From positions 434,001-498,000 of the forward strand of contig CATNEN010000032.1 in NCBI GenBank assembly GCA_950097015.1: DNA of 64,000 bases, given 5' to 3'. The notes below the pieces were generated by a model, which did not search any database, was not told the origin of the DNA, and saw only the letters and a list, made by a program, of their open reading frames with translations. The translations under genes were made by a program, and so were the position numbers. Positions within the stretch are counted from its first letter, which is position 1. Every line of letters starts with the position of its first letter. Of this stretch, positions 1 to 13,079 are shown in pieces. Source of the stretch: Macrostomum hystrix. Taxonomy: Eukaryota > Animalia > Platyhelminthes.

Positions 1-82
1 GATTTCAAGAGTGGGACTAAGGGATTTCAAGAGTGGGACTAAGGGATTTCAAGAGTGGACTAAGGGATTTCAAGAGTGGGAC
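1..82. repeat. 22-bp tandem repeat (GATTTCAAGAGTGGGACTAAGG), about 4 copies, runs off the window start
   Basis: Unit read directly four times at the window start. Confidence 0.85.
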
Positions 83-1159
83 TTAATATCTCGAAATTTC
101 TTTCACGGAGCTCGACAGTCGGACTGAGGGTTTTAAGAATGAAACTTTAGGGGGTGTTTAATGGGTTTTGGAATAAAAAGTGGATATTTAGTGCTTTGTA
201 TCTCAAATTATCTGGAATATATAGAATTAATAGAATAGAATCTATTAAAGGGACTCGGTGTCTAAAAAACGTTACTAAGGAATCTCTAGGGCCAAAATCA
301 AGACCGAACCTGCTGTAAATTTCCTATAGTTTCCCAGTGTCGAGTTTTCCAAGAAACGGGTCCTCCGTCTCCACGCGTGGGAGCCGTTTCCATCTGCTGA
401 CTGCTCTATTTTTAAAGTGCCGCCGAATTATTCGTAAATTCGGCACTGGCCCGTAAAAAAACAATTTGGAATTCTACGCAAAGAAGCTGGCCTGCTCCCT
501 AGGGCAGGCGAGAATTCCCAAATGATTGGCCTCTCGAAAAGAAGAAAAAATGGGAAACGATTCAATGAAAGCCTCTGGCGCACTTTCTAACATGCAGATT
601 CCCTCAGAAAGAAAACTAATAATTGGGATAATTAAATACTATGCGTGGGGAGTTTTCCCTATTCGAGAATTGCACTTCATTCTCGGGCGACCGAATGCAG
701 GCAACAAAAATAGATTGAAACTGCAGTTTTTTACTAACAATTTGCTCAAAAGATAGAGCTCGACTGAGAAGTGAGATAATTTTTGCGCTCTCTTTTAGGG
801 GAAAATTTTTTTCACTTTCCAAGCCTTTGTGTTTCTGAACGTGAGTTTGTTTCTGTCGAAAGTATTGGATGAAAGATTTGTTATGCAAGTAATATTATAT
901 ATACTGGCAACTCACCTCAGTCGCTACACCCCCCCAATTCCTAAATGATTCTGTTCTCTCTGAGCTTGTGTGCGTGTTGAAAACTGAGAGCTGGGCTGCT
1001 GCATCACCAGAGGCCTCCCTAAAATAATATGACCCTTCTCATACAACCCCACTCCCTTCTGCTTCAATCCAACATTTCCCCTGCTATTCTCTCCACTTTC
1101 TTCCCGTTTTGCGTTAGAATTTCTCGTTTCTATTTCTCATTTCCATTTATATGACTCTC

Positions 1160-1755
1160 CATCACACCCTCTCCTCTCCTCTCCTCTCTTCTTCTCTCTT
1201 ATCCTCTCCTCACCACTCCTCTCCTCTCCTCTCCTTTCCTCTCCTCGCCTCTCTTCTCCTCTCCTCTCCTCTCCTCTCTTCTCCTCTCCTCTCCTCTCCT
1301 CTCCTCTCCTCTCCTCTCCTCTCCTCTCTTCTCTCCTCACCTCTCCTCTCCTCTCCTGTCCTCTCTTCTTCTCTCCTATCCTCTCCTCACCACTCCTCTC
1401 CTCTCTTCTCCTCTCCTCTCCTCTCCTCTCTTCTCTTCTCGTCTTCTCCACTCTTCTCTTTTCCTCTCTCCTCTCCTCTCCTCTCCTCTCGTCTCTTCTC
1501 TTCTCGTCTTCTCCACTCTTCTCTTTTCCTCTCTCCTCTCCTCTTCTCTCCTCTCCTCTCCTCTCCTCTCCTCTCCTCTCCTCTCCTCTCCTCTCCTCAC
1601 CTCACCTCTCCTCTCCTCTCCTCTCCTCACCTCTCCTCTCTTCTCGTCTTCTCCACTCTTCTCTTTTCATCTCTCCTCTCCTCTCCTCTCCTCTCCTCTC
1701 CTCTCCACTCCACTTCTCTCCTCTCCTCTTCTCTCCTCTCCTCTTCTCTTCTCTA
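1160..1755. repeat. (CTCCT)n polypyrimidine microsatellite
   Basis: Degenerate pentamer array; it explains the SSPLL/ERRGE ORFs. Confidence 0.95.
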
Positions 1756-2232
1756 CTTTACTTTCTAAACAACAAGTAATCTTGCTTTATTAATTTTCCA
1801 ATTTTTCTCAAACAGCATTGTCCCTAAAAAAACTTTCATTTCTCCAATGGGATCTTGACACGGGCTGCTAAGTATTTATTCAGACTTGACGCGTGTCTCA
1901 AGTACTCAATAATCGGCTCAGATACGAAAGCTTGTGTTGACGTTTCGAGTTTTTATGCTCATAAGGCCACAAAAACGATAGCTGAGGAGCTCTTGTCGCA
2001 GCATTAGAGGAAGCTGCAATTTGACATTTCTGATCCATAAACCAGCTGTCACTCAACACATGCCGGGGATATCTGGGAATAAGTCTATCTGGGAATATTC
2101 TCTCGAATGCTTATTCGATAGAATCCCTATAAATTCATAAATAATTGATTCTGTCTTCCATTCGGAACAATAAAAGTTATTGTTTTTGACATTCAAATTA
2201 GATTTTTAAAGTGAACCATTTGTATCAGCAAA

Positions 2233-2776
2233 TTCTCCTCTCCTCTCCTCGCCTCTCTTCTCCTCTCCTCTCCTCTCCTCTCCTCTCCTCTCCTCTCCTC
2301 TCCTCTCTTCTCTCCTCACCTCTCCTCTCCTCTCCTGTCCTCTCTTCTTCTCTCCTGTCCTCTCTTCTTCTCTCCTATCCTCTCCTCACCACTCCTCTCC
2401 TCTCCTCTCCTCTCCTCGCCTCTCTTCTCCTCTCCTCTCCTCTCCTCACCTCTCCTCTCCTCTCCTCTCCTCTCCTCTCCTCTCCTCTCCTCTCCTCTCC
2501 TCTCCTCTCCTCTCCTCTCCTCTCCTCTCCTCGCCTCTCTTCTCCTCTCCTCTCCTCTCCTCACCTCTCCTCTCCTCTCCTCTCCTCTCCTCTCCTCTCC
2601 TCTCCTCTCCTCTCCTCTCTTCTCCTCTCCTCTCCTCTCCTCACCTCTCCTCTCCTCTCCTCTCCTCTCCTCTCCTCACCCTCATCCACTCCTCTCCTCT
2701 CCTCTCTTCTCTCCTCTCCTCTCCTCTCCTCTTCTCTCCTCTCTTCTCCTCTCCTCTTCTCTCCTCTCCTCTTCTG
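2233..2776. repeat. Second (CTCCT)n microsatellite
   Basis: Same pentamer; shares variant strings with the 1160-1755 array. Confidence 0.95.
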
Positions 2777-3000
2777 AGCTTGAGCTTTGGAGTGTCTCAA
2801 ATCGGAATCTGAGAAGAAGTCGGGTGGAGACAAAGGATATTTTTTGTCTTGATGAGACTTGGGGTCTTGATTAGGGAATCTCTGAGTGTTGTAATCATAT
2901 TGGAATCATATTTGGGATCTATTTAAGACGTGGAATATTTAGGATTCAGTTGAGACTTAAAATCATGATTGGGATCTAGCTAAGACTTGGGATCATATTT

Positions 3001-3300
3001 GGGATGATGATTAGGATGATGATTGGGATGATGATTGGGATGGTGATTGGGATGATGATTGGGATGATGATTGGGATGATGATTGGGATGATGATTGGGA
3101 TGATGATTGGGATGATGATTGGGATGATGATTGGGATGGTGATTGGGATGATGATTGGGATGATGATTGGGATGATGATTGGGATGGTGATTGGGATGAT
3201 GATTGGGATGGTGATTGGGATGATGATTGGGATGATGATTGGGATGATGATTGGGATGGTGATTGGGATGATGATTGGGATGATGATTGGGATGATGATT
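3001..3300. repeat. 12-bp tandem repeat (GGGATGATGATT)n
   Basis: About 25 units; source of the MMIG ORF. Confidence 0.95.
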
Positions 3301-5204
3301 GATATAGTCTATAGTTAACCTAAAATATATTTGGTACTTGCATGAAGAAGTTGTCCAGCAGCTCGGGTTCCGTACATCCTAGCGTGTGTACTCGGCCTCC
3401 GAAAGTAAAATTCAACATAGGAAACATTTTTCTTAAAAGAAAATGCAAGTCGAGTAAATCACAACTTATCCTGGATTTGGGAGGATCATAAAGCCGAAGG
3501 AAATGTGGATTTAGTCGGGAAACTGGGACATAAAATCAATTTCTGGGACTAGCGCCTCATCTCCCATCTCCCATCTCCCATCTCCCATCTCCCATCTGGT
3601 ACGGAGAGGAGGCAGCCAGAATAATGGGGGATAAACCATAGGATGCTTCATATTTGGCCCCGCCTCCCCAACTAGGAACAAAGAGGCGGTGTAGGGATAA
3701 ATCTCACTTGGATGCTCTTTATTATCTCTCGGCAATATTAGGGATGCGTGCTGTAAGAGGATAGATATAACCCGGGAATATATTGCACAGCGGCATGCCC
3801 ACAGCATCAATATCGCGATCCCTACAGGTTTTTTATATTCTTCCGACAAGTTGACTTCCTGCATGCAGCCAGTGCTTCTTGATCTTGACTGTGCTCTTAT
3901 CTCTGATGCCATATTGCGCAACACACAGGTCGAGAACTAATCTCGGACAATCTCGCTCGCACGCGGGACAGTTTTATGTCGCGACCTCGTTCAACGAATG
4001 CTGCGGCGACACAGGAAGAAATCTTTCAAAAAGATTCAAAGCCGTGAAATTCACTAAGGTCAAATAAATGAACAACCCATGCAGGCCCGGTTTGAAATTC
4101 TTGTTTCCCATGATTTTCTAGATTAAAATAAATCTACAAATTTAGCTTCCCGTAGGCCTTCCCGTAGGCTATAATCTCTATGGGGGTTATGAAAATTGTG
4201 TATTTTCGAGCTAGGATTAAGGAAAGTGTAAAGCTGTCAGTCAAAACTGCATGTATTTGCAATACAGTTTAAAATTATGATATTTTAACACCGGGCTGGT
4301 CAAAAGTCTGTGTACATCTGTTCAGTCCATGGACTTATAAGGCCGCCACACAAAATGAAACTTTCTATCACATCTCTCGATCGAAATTCGGATGCTCTAA
4401 CCACAGACAAGCAATTGACAAACAAACAATTGAACTCACCGAAAGTAGTTTGAATGTTCAACCTTTAGCTGTATGCATGATTTTTGTCAAGGCAAATGCC
4501 TCCTAATTTTTAGATTAGAGTCCTAGACCAACGGATTCTCGGAATTTGTGCCTTGTGGCAATTTCCTTCCAAGAAAAAAACTTTAAGCTTGGGGGCGAAG
4601 TTGGGAATCGAGGCCAGCCGACCAATCAGAATTCGCTTGGTCTCCCATTGGCTAGTTTGTTTTAGCACTCGAATACAGCAATGCCAGCAGTGACTCAGTA
4701 GGCGTTAATACTGAATGTCAGTATGAAGAATCTTTCAGTAATAACTGTTTTAATAGTGCTCTCGCAGAAACTCAAACATAAGAGATGCTTGACTGACTGT
4801 CTGCCTGTCTTCATTAAGTCGAGCGTGTGCTCTCAGTGAAGACAATAAAAATAACGGTCTATGACGGCCGCAATAAAAATAACTGTTGCACCGCAATATT
4901 TAATTTACGGCCGCTATCTTAATGCCTCCCTGCCTTGAGTCAGTGAGCCGCTTTTCTAGGGACCTGTCCATTTGGGGGAATTCGAATTCAGTTCGTGAAA
5001 AGTAATAAAACTTTTTGCTTCACACTTCCCTGCCATTATGATACCATATGCTGCAATAGAGAATTTTCTTCAAATGCAAAAATTCTTTACCACGACACTT
5101 TAGAGCTAGTTTCCCCTTGAATCCTTTCCTCACTTGTACTATCTAATATGCATTTCTCTGCCTTTCACTCTTCAAATATTTTCTTCTAGCACCCTCGTTT
5201 GCTC

Positions 5205-5710
5205 CCTCTTCCCTTCCTCTTCCCTTCCTCTTCCATTCCTCTTCCCCTCTTCTCCTCTTCTTCTTTCCTTTCTCTTCATCTTCACTTACAGCAATTTTAA
5301 TGCTCTTTTACGACTTTTGTAACTCTGCCCTTCCTCTTCGTTTTTTCTTTCCTTTCCCCCTTCCTCTTCCCTTCCTCTTCCCTTCCTCTTCCCTTCCTCT
5401 TACCTTCCTCTTCCATTCCTCTTCCCTTCCTCTTCCATTCCTCTTCCCTTCCTCTTACCTTCCTCTTCCATTCCTCTTCCCTTCCTTTGCCCTTCCTCTT
5501 CCCTACCTCTTCCCTTCCTCTTCCATTCCTCTTCCCTTCCTCTTCCATTCCTCTTCCCTTCCTCTTCCATTCCTCTTCCCTTCCTCTTCCCTTCCTCTTC
5601 CCTTCCTCTTCCATTCCTCTTCCCTTCCTCTTCCCTTCCTCTTCCCTTCCTCTTCCCTTCCTCTTCCCTTCCTCTTCCCTTCCTCTTCCATTCCTTTTCC
5701 CTTCCTCTAA
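5205..5710. repeat. 11-bp polypyrimidine repeat (TTCCTCTTCC[C/A])n
   Basis: Direct reading of the array. Confidence 0.9.
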
Positions 5711-5761
5711 CTGTTCCCTTTCTCCGCTTAATATCCTCTTCCTTATTTCCCTCCCAAAATC

Positions 5762-5802
5762 CATGGACGTCTCTAGTTAGAATCTAACTAGAGACGTCCA
5801 TG
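5762..5802. mobile_element. 41-bp TIR-only transposon remnant or excision footprint (P- or hAT-like, 8-bp TSD)
   Basis: CATGGACGTCTCTAGTTAGA + A + its exact reverse complement, flanked by CCAAAATC at 5754-5761 and 5803-5810. Confidence 0.75.
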
Positions 5803-6899
5803 CCAAAATCACACTCCCACTCACTCTCCACCATTCTCTAGCTCCGAAATTTTCTCAACCCGGTCTTTGTCTATTCCCAATCTTCTCAGTCGTTGCATTA
5901 CTGCTCAATCTAGCTAAGCCACAACTGTCACAACCTATAATTTACACACACATATAGCTATAGGATCAGCGCTTGAAGCCACATGAACCTCGCACAACAA
6001 TATAAGCCTGCTTCTTTTGTCACTTTTACTATTCTTGCATTTCGTGATCATTCCTTTCTCTCTTCGTTTTTTCCTTCGTAGTCAACACAATGACCCCACC
6101 CTTAAAGGTTACTAATGGCCCCTGCACCTACAATAATCCTGTCTTTTTTCTATTTCATTGTCATAAGCCTTTCTAAATTGAAAAAAAGGTTCTGTAAACC
6201 TGTAAGTCAGAATATAGCATTTTCTTTCTGTGACAGGAGTCGGGCGGGAAGTTGGTGCAGTAGTGAAAGCAGCAGACACCGAGGCGGCAGCGGATCATAC
6301 AGACTCCAGCTTGTGTGTCAGATCAAGCCTTGAAATCCAAATAGGAATAATTATTTTATTTTTCCATTTCTCGCAATAGAATGAATACAAAAGTTTTATA
6401 ATTACAAGCTGCAGATGAAACCAAGGCGCGATGAAACCAATTATTTTTTTTGTAAGAATGCTAACTGTTTCTAACGCAGAAGTGTATGTTGCTAACAAAT
6501 GAAATACAACAGTGTTTGTTGCTGTCTCGTTTACCAAACCTTTCCAAACCAGATACATTTTTATTGCTTCAAATCGACCAGTAATTGGTATCTTCCCAGG
6601 CGGCCCAGCAAAAGGATTGTGTTGAAATTGTCATTCATGGTTGCACAAACTTTGTTATGCAACAAGAAATATGGCTTAAGCGCTTGAAGCATGGGGTGTG
6701 ATGCTGGGTAGAAACAATAAACATAAGCGACGTAGATTTTCGAACATGAAATGAAACAAACAGTGAATAGGCAACTGGTTTCTGCTTCCCAAAATTTGAT
6801 CACAATTGAATGAGCTTTTAAAATGAGAAACGGCAAGCATTGAAGCAGTAGAAGGGGTTGCGAAGTAAAGAGTGGGCGAATCGGAGAATCGGAGAATCC

Positions 6900-7260
6900 G
6901 AGAAGGAGAAAATTGTAGGAGGGGAGTAGGGAAGAATAGGAGAAGGGGAGAAGGGAAGTAGTCAAGAACGGGAGGAGGGAAGAATGGGAGGAGGGAAGAA
7001 TGGAAGAAGGGGAGAAGGGAAGAAGGGGAGGAGGGGAGAAGGGGAGTAGTGAAGAACGGGAGGAGGGAAGAAGGGGAGTAGGGAAGAATGGGAGTAGGGA
7101 AGAATGGGAGTAGGGAAGAAGGGAAGAAGGGGAGAAGGGAAGAAGGGGAGGAGGGGAGAAGGGGAGTAGTGAAGAACGGGAGTAGTGAAGAACGGGAGGA
7201 TGAAAGAAGGGGAGGAAGGAAGATCGGGAGGAGGGGAGAAGAGGAGATAGGGAATAGGAA
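6900..7260. repeat. Purine-rich low-complexity tract (GGAGAAGGGG/GGGAAGAA units)
   Basis: Degenerate G/A repeats; source of a spurious 74-aa ORF. Confidence 0.8.
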
Positions 7261-9310
7261 AAAAAGAGGAGGGAAAAATAAAAATAATAAAACGGGAGAT
7301 GGGTTTGAATGATTGTATAAAGGGAAAGGATTATAAATACGAGCTAAGAGGTTGTTAGTGAATGAAAAGCAAAAGTTAAAATAATTTTACGTGTTGCTTT
7401 TGTGTTTTTTTCTTCAAGAAGAAACAATAAACCGCGGCTTCAAAGACAGAACCTGGCCGCCTTTTTTAACTTTTGAGTCAGATAATTTATTGCCTTGCTA
7501 AGCGACCAAAGCAAAGTCATAAATGACATCTGTGAGCATCTTCCTAGTGAAAGCCAACAATAAAAACTCTGGCAACTCTCGATTTCCCTTGCCCGTGGCG
7601 GCAGATGTCACGAAAGCGCCTAGCGAGTCGGTCAATGCGAGTTTCACAAGAAATCATTCTGAAGACTTCTGCGCTGCACTATAGTCACCTTCAAGGCGGC
7701 TCGATGTTAATACGCTGAGTAAACACATTGTGGCCACATCACTAATCTATGGCTTCTTGGTTATTGATTCAGTCTTTGACCTTTTTCTCTTTTTTTCATG
7801 AATGGCCTGAAATTGAAGCAACCAGGGTTCGTTCATTAGAACTTTTGGTACAAAACTGTTTTTCCTGTCATTCGAAACAATCTGTCACTTCATACTTTCC
7901 GACACTGCATACTTTCTGTCACTCGTTACTTTATACGTCGTATATCACTCTATACTTGGTGTCACTCTATACTTTCTCTGTCACTCTATACTTTCTGTCA
8001 CTCCATACTTTCTCTCATTTATCTGTCACTCTATGCTTTATGTCACTCAAAAATTTCTGCCAATTATATTTCTTGTCAGCCGATTGTGCCCCAAAGAGCA
8101 GCTCAATTTTCATTTATAAAATACGTCACAGCAAGCACAATGCAAAACTTGGCGCAAAACTTGAACGTTATATTTTTAAAAGGTTTCATTTCAGTACGAG
8201 CTAGCTAGCTAGCTAGTATATGTTGTATGCGAGTCATGGATATGTGCAGCCAGGTGCTTAATTGTATTATGTTTTCCTTACTTATCGTTGGAATAATTAA
8301 GCTCGTTGGAATTAAAAATGGCTTTTGATCGAGAGGAACCGTAATTTAAGACCGCCGGCTGGATATCGGCAAACAAATAATTTTCAGCCGGCTACCTAGC
8401 TGCTGTGCGAGACACGATTTCAAGCTTGTTCTGTGAATTAAAGAATTTTAAGGCGCTCAGAAATGAGTCTTTAATACGACAGGTAAGAAGCCTCGTATGG
8501 ACCATAAAAGCACGTGCATGCTCAAATTAGGATACCGACTGCGTATAACTAACAGTTGCGTAATAATACGGCGCCAAGAAAGTAGGCGGGTAAATATAAC
8601 ATAAAATGCCAATTCAAGTTGTCAGTTATCATTAGGGCTAGCATGAAGTAATGCCTGGAATTGCTCTCTTTTTACACTCGATAGCTGTAAACGGAACAGA
8701 GAAATGAGAAGCCATATGCGATACAAATAATCTGAATTTTAAGACAAATAGAAAAACAAAATTCGTAGCAATGAGAGCAGTGCAGACCAAATTTTTAGTT
8801 CGTGGAACCTAATCTAAATTCCAGAGAAATTTTGTAAAGAAAATGAAGTAGCATGGTATAAAGAGATAAAAGCGAGGGCTCCAACTTCGCATCTTCTTTT
8901 TCGAATTTCGCTTTCTGCAAGCTTTACGAAACTACTAATTTTGTTTGTGTTCTCGATCAAAATCCTGGCAGATTGCTAAATTTAATTAAATGAAAGAAAC
9001 ATGTAATTATGCATCTTTTGTTTATTGTTAGGTAGATCATTACCTAAATTAATCAGTTTAAACTTTCTTGGAATTAGTTTAAAATTTAAACAAGACATAA
9101 TTTTTTCATTGCAAAATATAGTTTGTTAGAATACATCAAAAGGAACGTACAGTTTTCGTGCGTTTGAATTCCAGGAACTACAAAACAAAAAATATATTGA
9201 ATTTTACTTCCTGACAAGGCTTCAAAGTACGTTGGGCTTTGCGATCAAACGAGGCTTTATGTCTAGTATCTTTTTTTGCTCTAACATATTTCAATACAGC
9301 AGCTTGTGTC

Positions 9311-11349
9311 ATGGCTCAGGCCCATATCTCTAAAAGCATGTCATACCAGCAACACCAATCAATGATATCATCAGCGCCGGGCTATGACCACAGGCAGCTA
9401 AGCTATCCTAATTCGATGGGAAGCTTTGGTGTCCCAGCTGGTTATCCAGGGCAAGCTGTGCCAATGCATGGATCACTTAATAAGTCCCCTAGTGGTCAGC
9501 TCATTCAACATAATACTATGGGTGGGCGTTCTAATTCACGAGGTAATCTAGCGCGTCAATCCAGAAGTCTTGGTGCATCTAAAGCATCCGTTGTTAGTGA
9601 GAGAGGTGGAAAAACCAATATTCGAAGAGAATATCAAGACAAGAAACTGCGCAGTAACCTGCAGTCGCCTGCTTATGGAAAGGGCCGCACTCCATTTTTT
9701 ATAGCTATTGGTCTCTTTGTTTTTGCTGGAGTTCTTGTACTATTAGGGATTGTTGTATTGCTTCTTCGCTTTCACAATAATATCATGCTTTCTGTTGACA
9801 AGGGTGAAATAGTAGGGCCTATTTTGGTTGCTCTTGGACTTTGTGCACTAGGTGGTGGAATCAAATTCTTGTATGATTCATATATCATAAGCAATAATGA
9901 GCGCAATAGAATTAAGGTGAGTTTTTTCTTTGTTTCATATTTTTTTATTGCTATGTTTTATGTTGTTCCTCTTTTTGTTCTATTTTGATTGATTTTTTCA
10001 CTTTTTTAAATTAGTTATATATATTATATAGTTTTTTAATTTAGAGCTTGACAATAAAAAAATCTATTTTATTTTTCAATATCTAACCAAAAATAATATA
10101 GGGCCTATGCATATTTGATACAAAAATATTTTTGGAGACATATTGTAGTCATTTTCGAAGAACAGTACTGCACGCATGCTAAAATTTCTATTTAAATTAA
10201 AAATTTTAATAGCTAGTGGCCTTTTTTGCTAAAAATTCAAAATAGAATATATATTTTTGTCATGCCCTAGTGTTGCACATGGGATTAAAAGGCCAATTAT
10301 TGCTATAGAATTCACTAGCACCTCTAGCCACAAAATTTGTATCACAAATATGATTCTACTCTTATATGCCAATATATATATCTGATTTTGTTATATGTAA
10401 TATTTGTATGCAAATAAGTAGGTTGTAGTCTTGTGGTTCGAGCATTGGACTAAAGACTGAAAAGTTAGAGGTTTGAATCTCTTTTGGAACAATTTTAGTC
10501 CTTTAGCAAGATATTTAACTTTGCATTACTTCAGTTGGTAAATAGGTACCAGCATTAGTACTAGCATCAATTATCTGGAGGTAATTGAGGGTTGGATATG
10601 GCATTTGCCTTCTAGTCTATGGGCTGAACAGCTATACACTGCTTTCAGATATGCCACACTAGCTGAGGCTATGCTGTCAGCTGCACATGTAGCCTGGTTG
10701 AGGCAGGTATATCAATTATTATTAATTATTATTAATTATTATAGTTGTAGACACATGTAAAGCATATTTTAAGTAGAGAAAAAAGTCTAGAGCTACATTT
10801 GCTAGGCTACTACAAGTAGTTGCTAATTTATATTTGTGCGCTTAAAATATTTTAAGTTCTTCTTTTTAACCCTAACTCAAAAGTATGCTCATAATCAAGC
10901 CTGTATCAGGCTCATGAATTGTTTGTATCTGCTCAATGTTTATTCATTCGCTTTCTAGCCTTGCAAAGTATTGAATTCACTTATTAAATTCCACATATCT
11001 ATATATTATTTGATTTTTAGTTTACCTCAGCCAGTGAGTCTCTGATCCGTGCCACAACTGACAAGCCAAGAACTGTTAAGGCAACCGGCGGGTGAGCTTA
11101 AATAATATTTTTTATGCTAGTTTGCTTGTTAATTTTTATTGTTAGCTACATGCTACTTGTAGTAGTAGCAGAGCAATGGGTACTCACTGATTTGATATTA
11201 GTACTATTAGAAATAATAGTAGTAATCAGATTTACAATTGTAAAATCCCATTTTTTATCCGCAGTGAGATCCTGATGAGTGGCACAGTCTCAGTGAATGC
11301 TGTTAGCCGCACTCCGCATGGCTCAATGGGTTCACTGAATAATGTGTGA
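9311..11349 (+). CDS. Orphan membrane protein, about 253 aa, two predicted TM helices with a low-complexity N-terminal tail
   Basis: join(9311..9916,11021..11091,11265..11349). GT-AG junctions with matching phases (0, 2). Hydrophobic segments FFIAIGLFVFAGVLVLLGIVVLLL and IVGPILVALGLCALGGGIKFL. Probable 5' UTR intron 8483-9299 (AG|GTAAG donor, CTAAC branch, TACAG acceptor). Confidence 0.75.
10425..10620 (+). mobile_element. Degenerate tRNA-derived SINE-like fragment
   Basis: tRNA-like head with a B-box-like GGTTTGAATC, then AAATAGGTACCAGCATTAG...GGTAATTGAGG. A similar block recurs at about 24590-24660. Resemblance to Nin/Meta-type SINE cores is from memory only. Confidence 0.35.
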
Positions 11350-11889
11350 ATCACATCCGATCAATAAGTTCATGGCGTTTAAAATGCAACGAATTTGTTT
11401 CTCCTTGCAAGTTGCATTATGATAGAAAGAACACGTCAGACTAAAACATGATGTATATTTATTACCGGCTAATTTATTAATGGACACAGCAATTCGTTTT
11501 TTTCATCTTTATAGTTCCTATGCAATTTCACATTCCAGTCAGTTTAGTCACTTTTTCAGCTGCAACCTGGAATACATTTTTAATATATGGCTGTTTGTTT
11601 ATTTACTTTTACACGAGTGTGTATTTTAGTGCTTTTTTATTGTTACCAGGCGTGTAAAGTGAGCATTGTGTTGTGCTGTCTGTTGTGCAACAAGCTTGAA
11701 GTTTTTATCTAAAGTTTGATGAGCGTTACAAATTATGCTTCTCTGCGAATTACGTTTTGTGTCTTTTGTTTTGTGACTTTTCATCTGAATCCATGCGAAT
11801 ATGATGAAACAATTGTTTAAAGCTTTTCTTAAGTTGTCCTTCTGTCACGAGTTTGTAAAAAAATTACCCATTCGATTCTAGGACATTTT

Positions 11890-12300
11890 CTTTCAATCCG
11901 ATTAGGTTCTGAGAATCCCAACTCAACTAGACCTAAAATCGGATATTTTAGGAAATACAGTCTTAATTCAACTAGAATCCAGAAAATAAATTTTAAATTC
12001 AAACATGTTCTAAGAAATAGAATCCCAATTTAACCAGATTCCAGGAAATATAATCTCAAATTAACCGGAAACCAGGAAATCAAGTCAAAATCATCAATAT
12101 TCCAGGAAATAGAATCTCGAATCAACCAGATTCCAGGAAATCAATACTAAATTAAACCACATTCCAGGAAATCAATACTAAATTAAACCAGACTCCAGGA
12201 AATCAATACTAAATTAAACCAGATTCCAGAAACTTGAATATACGTTCAGTATGATACTAGGAAATTGAATCTCAATTCAACCAGATTCCAGGAAATCGAG
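11890..12300. repeat. Degenerate ~31-bp minisatellite (AAATTAAACCAGATTCCAGGAAATCAATACT)
   Basis: The TTCCAGGAAA core recurs at about 12131, 12162, 12193 and 12224. Confidence 0.75.
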
Positions 12301-13079
12301 TCTCAAGTCTCCGTAATCTTCTGTAAATATATTTCTTATTCCAAACACCGAAATGTTCGAAATGTTTCTGGGAAAAAGATCAGTTTTTTTTGAAGAACAG
12401 TTTTTTAGTCCTTTTTATATTCACTGTTTAAAAGCACTAAATGTATATTTATGTTAAGTTTAGAAGTATAGCATATTCTAAACCACTCAGTTTCTTATTT
12501 TAAGCAACCCATTAGCTTTACTGTCATTTATTTTTCTGTTGTCATATGTGCTGTTTTGTGTGGAATTGATGTTTTATAAGATTTAGATCACACAATTAAC
12601 CTAGTGTGACACAATAGTTTAATTTGTGTATTAATCTATTTAGAATCCCAACTCAACTATTGTCTGCATATTTTTTACCTTCTTTTTAAACGTTATGTGC
12701 AATAACCTTTATCCCAATTTTCATCAGTGCAATATTACATTCCGAAAATAATGCTGCTAAAAATTGTTTTGTTTGAATGCAGACTTTTAGCTTTTTGTTT
12801 TCTAAACGCATTGGTTGATTTTTTGTTTTTATAAAACCATGATGAAAACATATTTATCGCGGGATACACAAATAGAAAATGTTGAAGTCTACATTACTTT
12901 TCGTTATACATTCATACTACTGAAAACACCTGGTTGAGCAGTCTGACTTGAGCATATCTGAGTTATTTAATTGTTCATAACGAACGCTTCATTTGCTTTT
13001 TGGTATCAATTAGCGTCATCAGCTGTCCTTTAATTAAAAATCATAGATTCGATCATTCAGTCCACTAATACACTGTTTG

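Noticed and set aside
1137-7312. ORFs such as SSPLL, ERRGE, MMIG, LPFLFP and EEGKRKG repeats
   Set aside because: They are translations of microsatellites open in several frames on both strands, with no splice or domain evidence.
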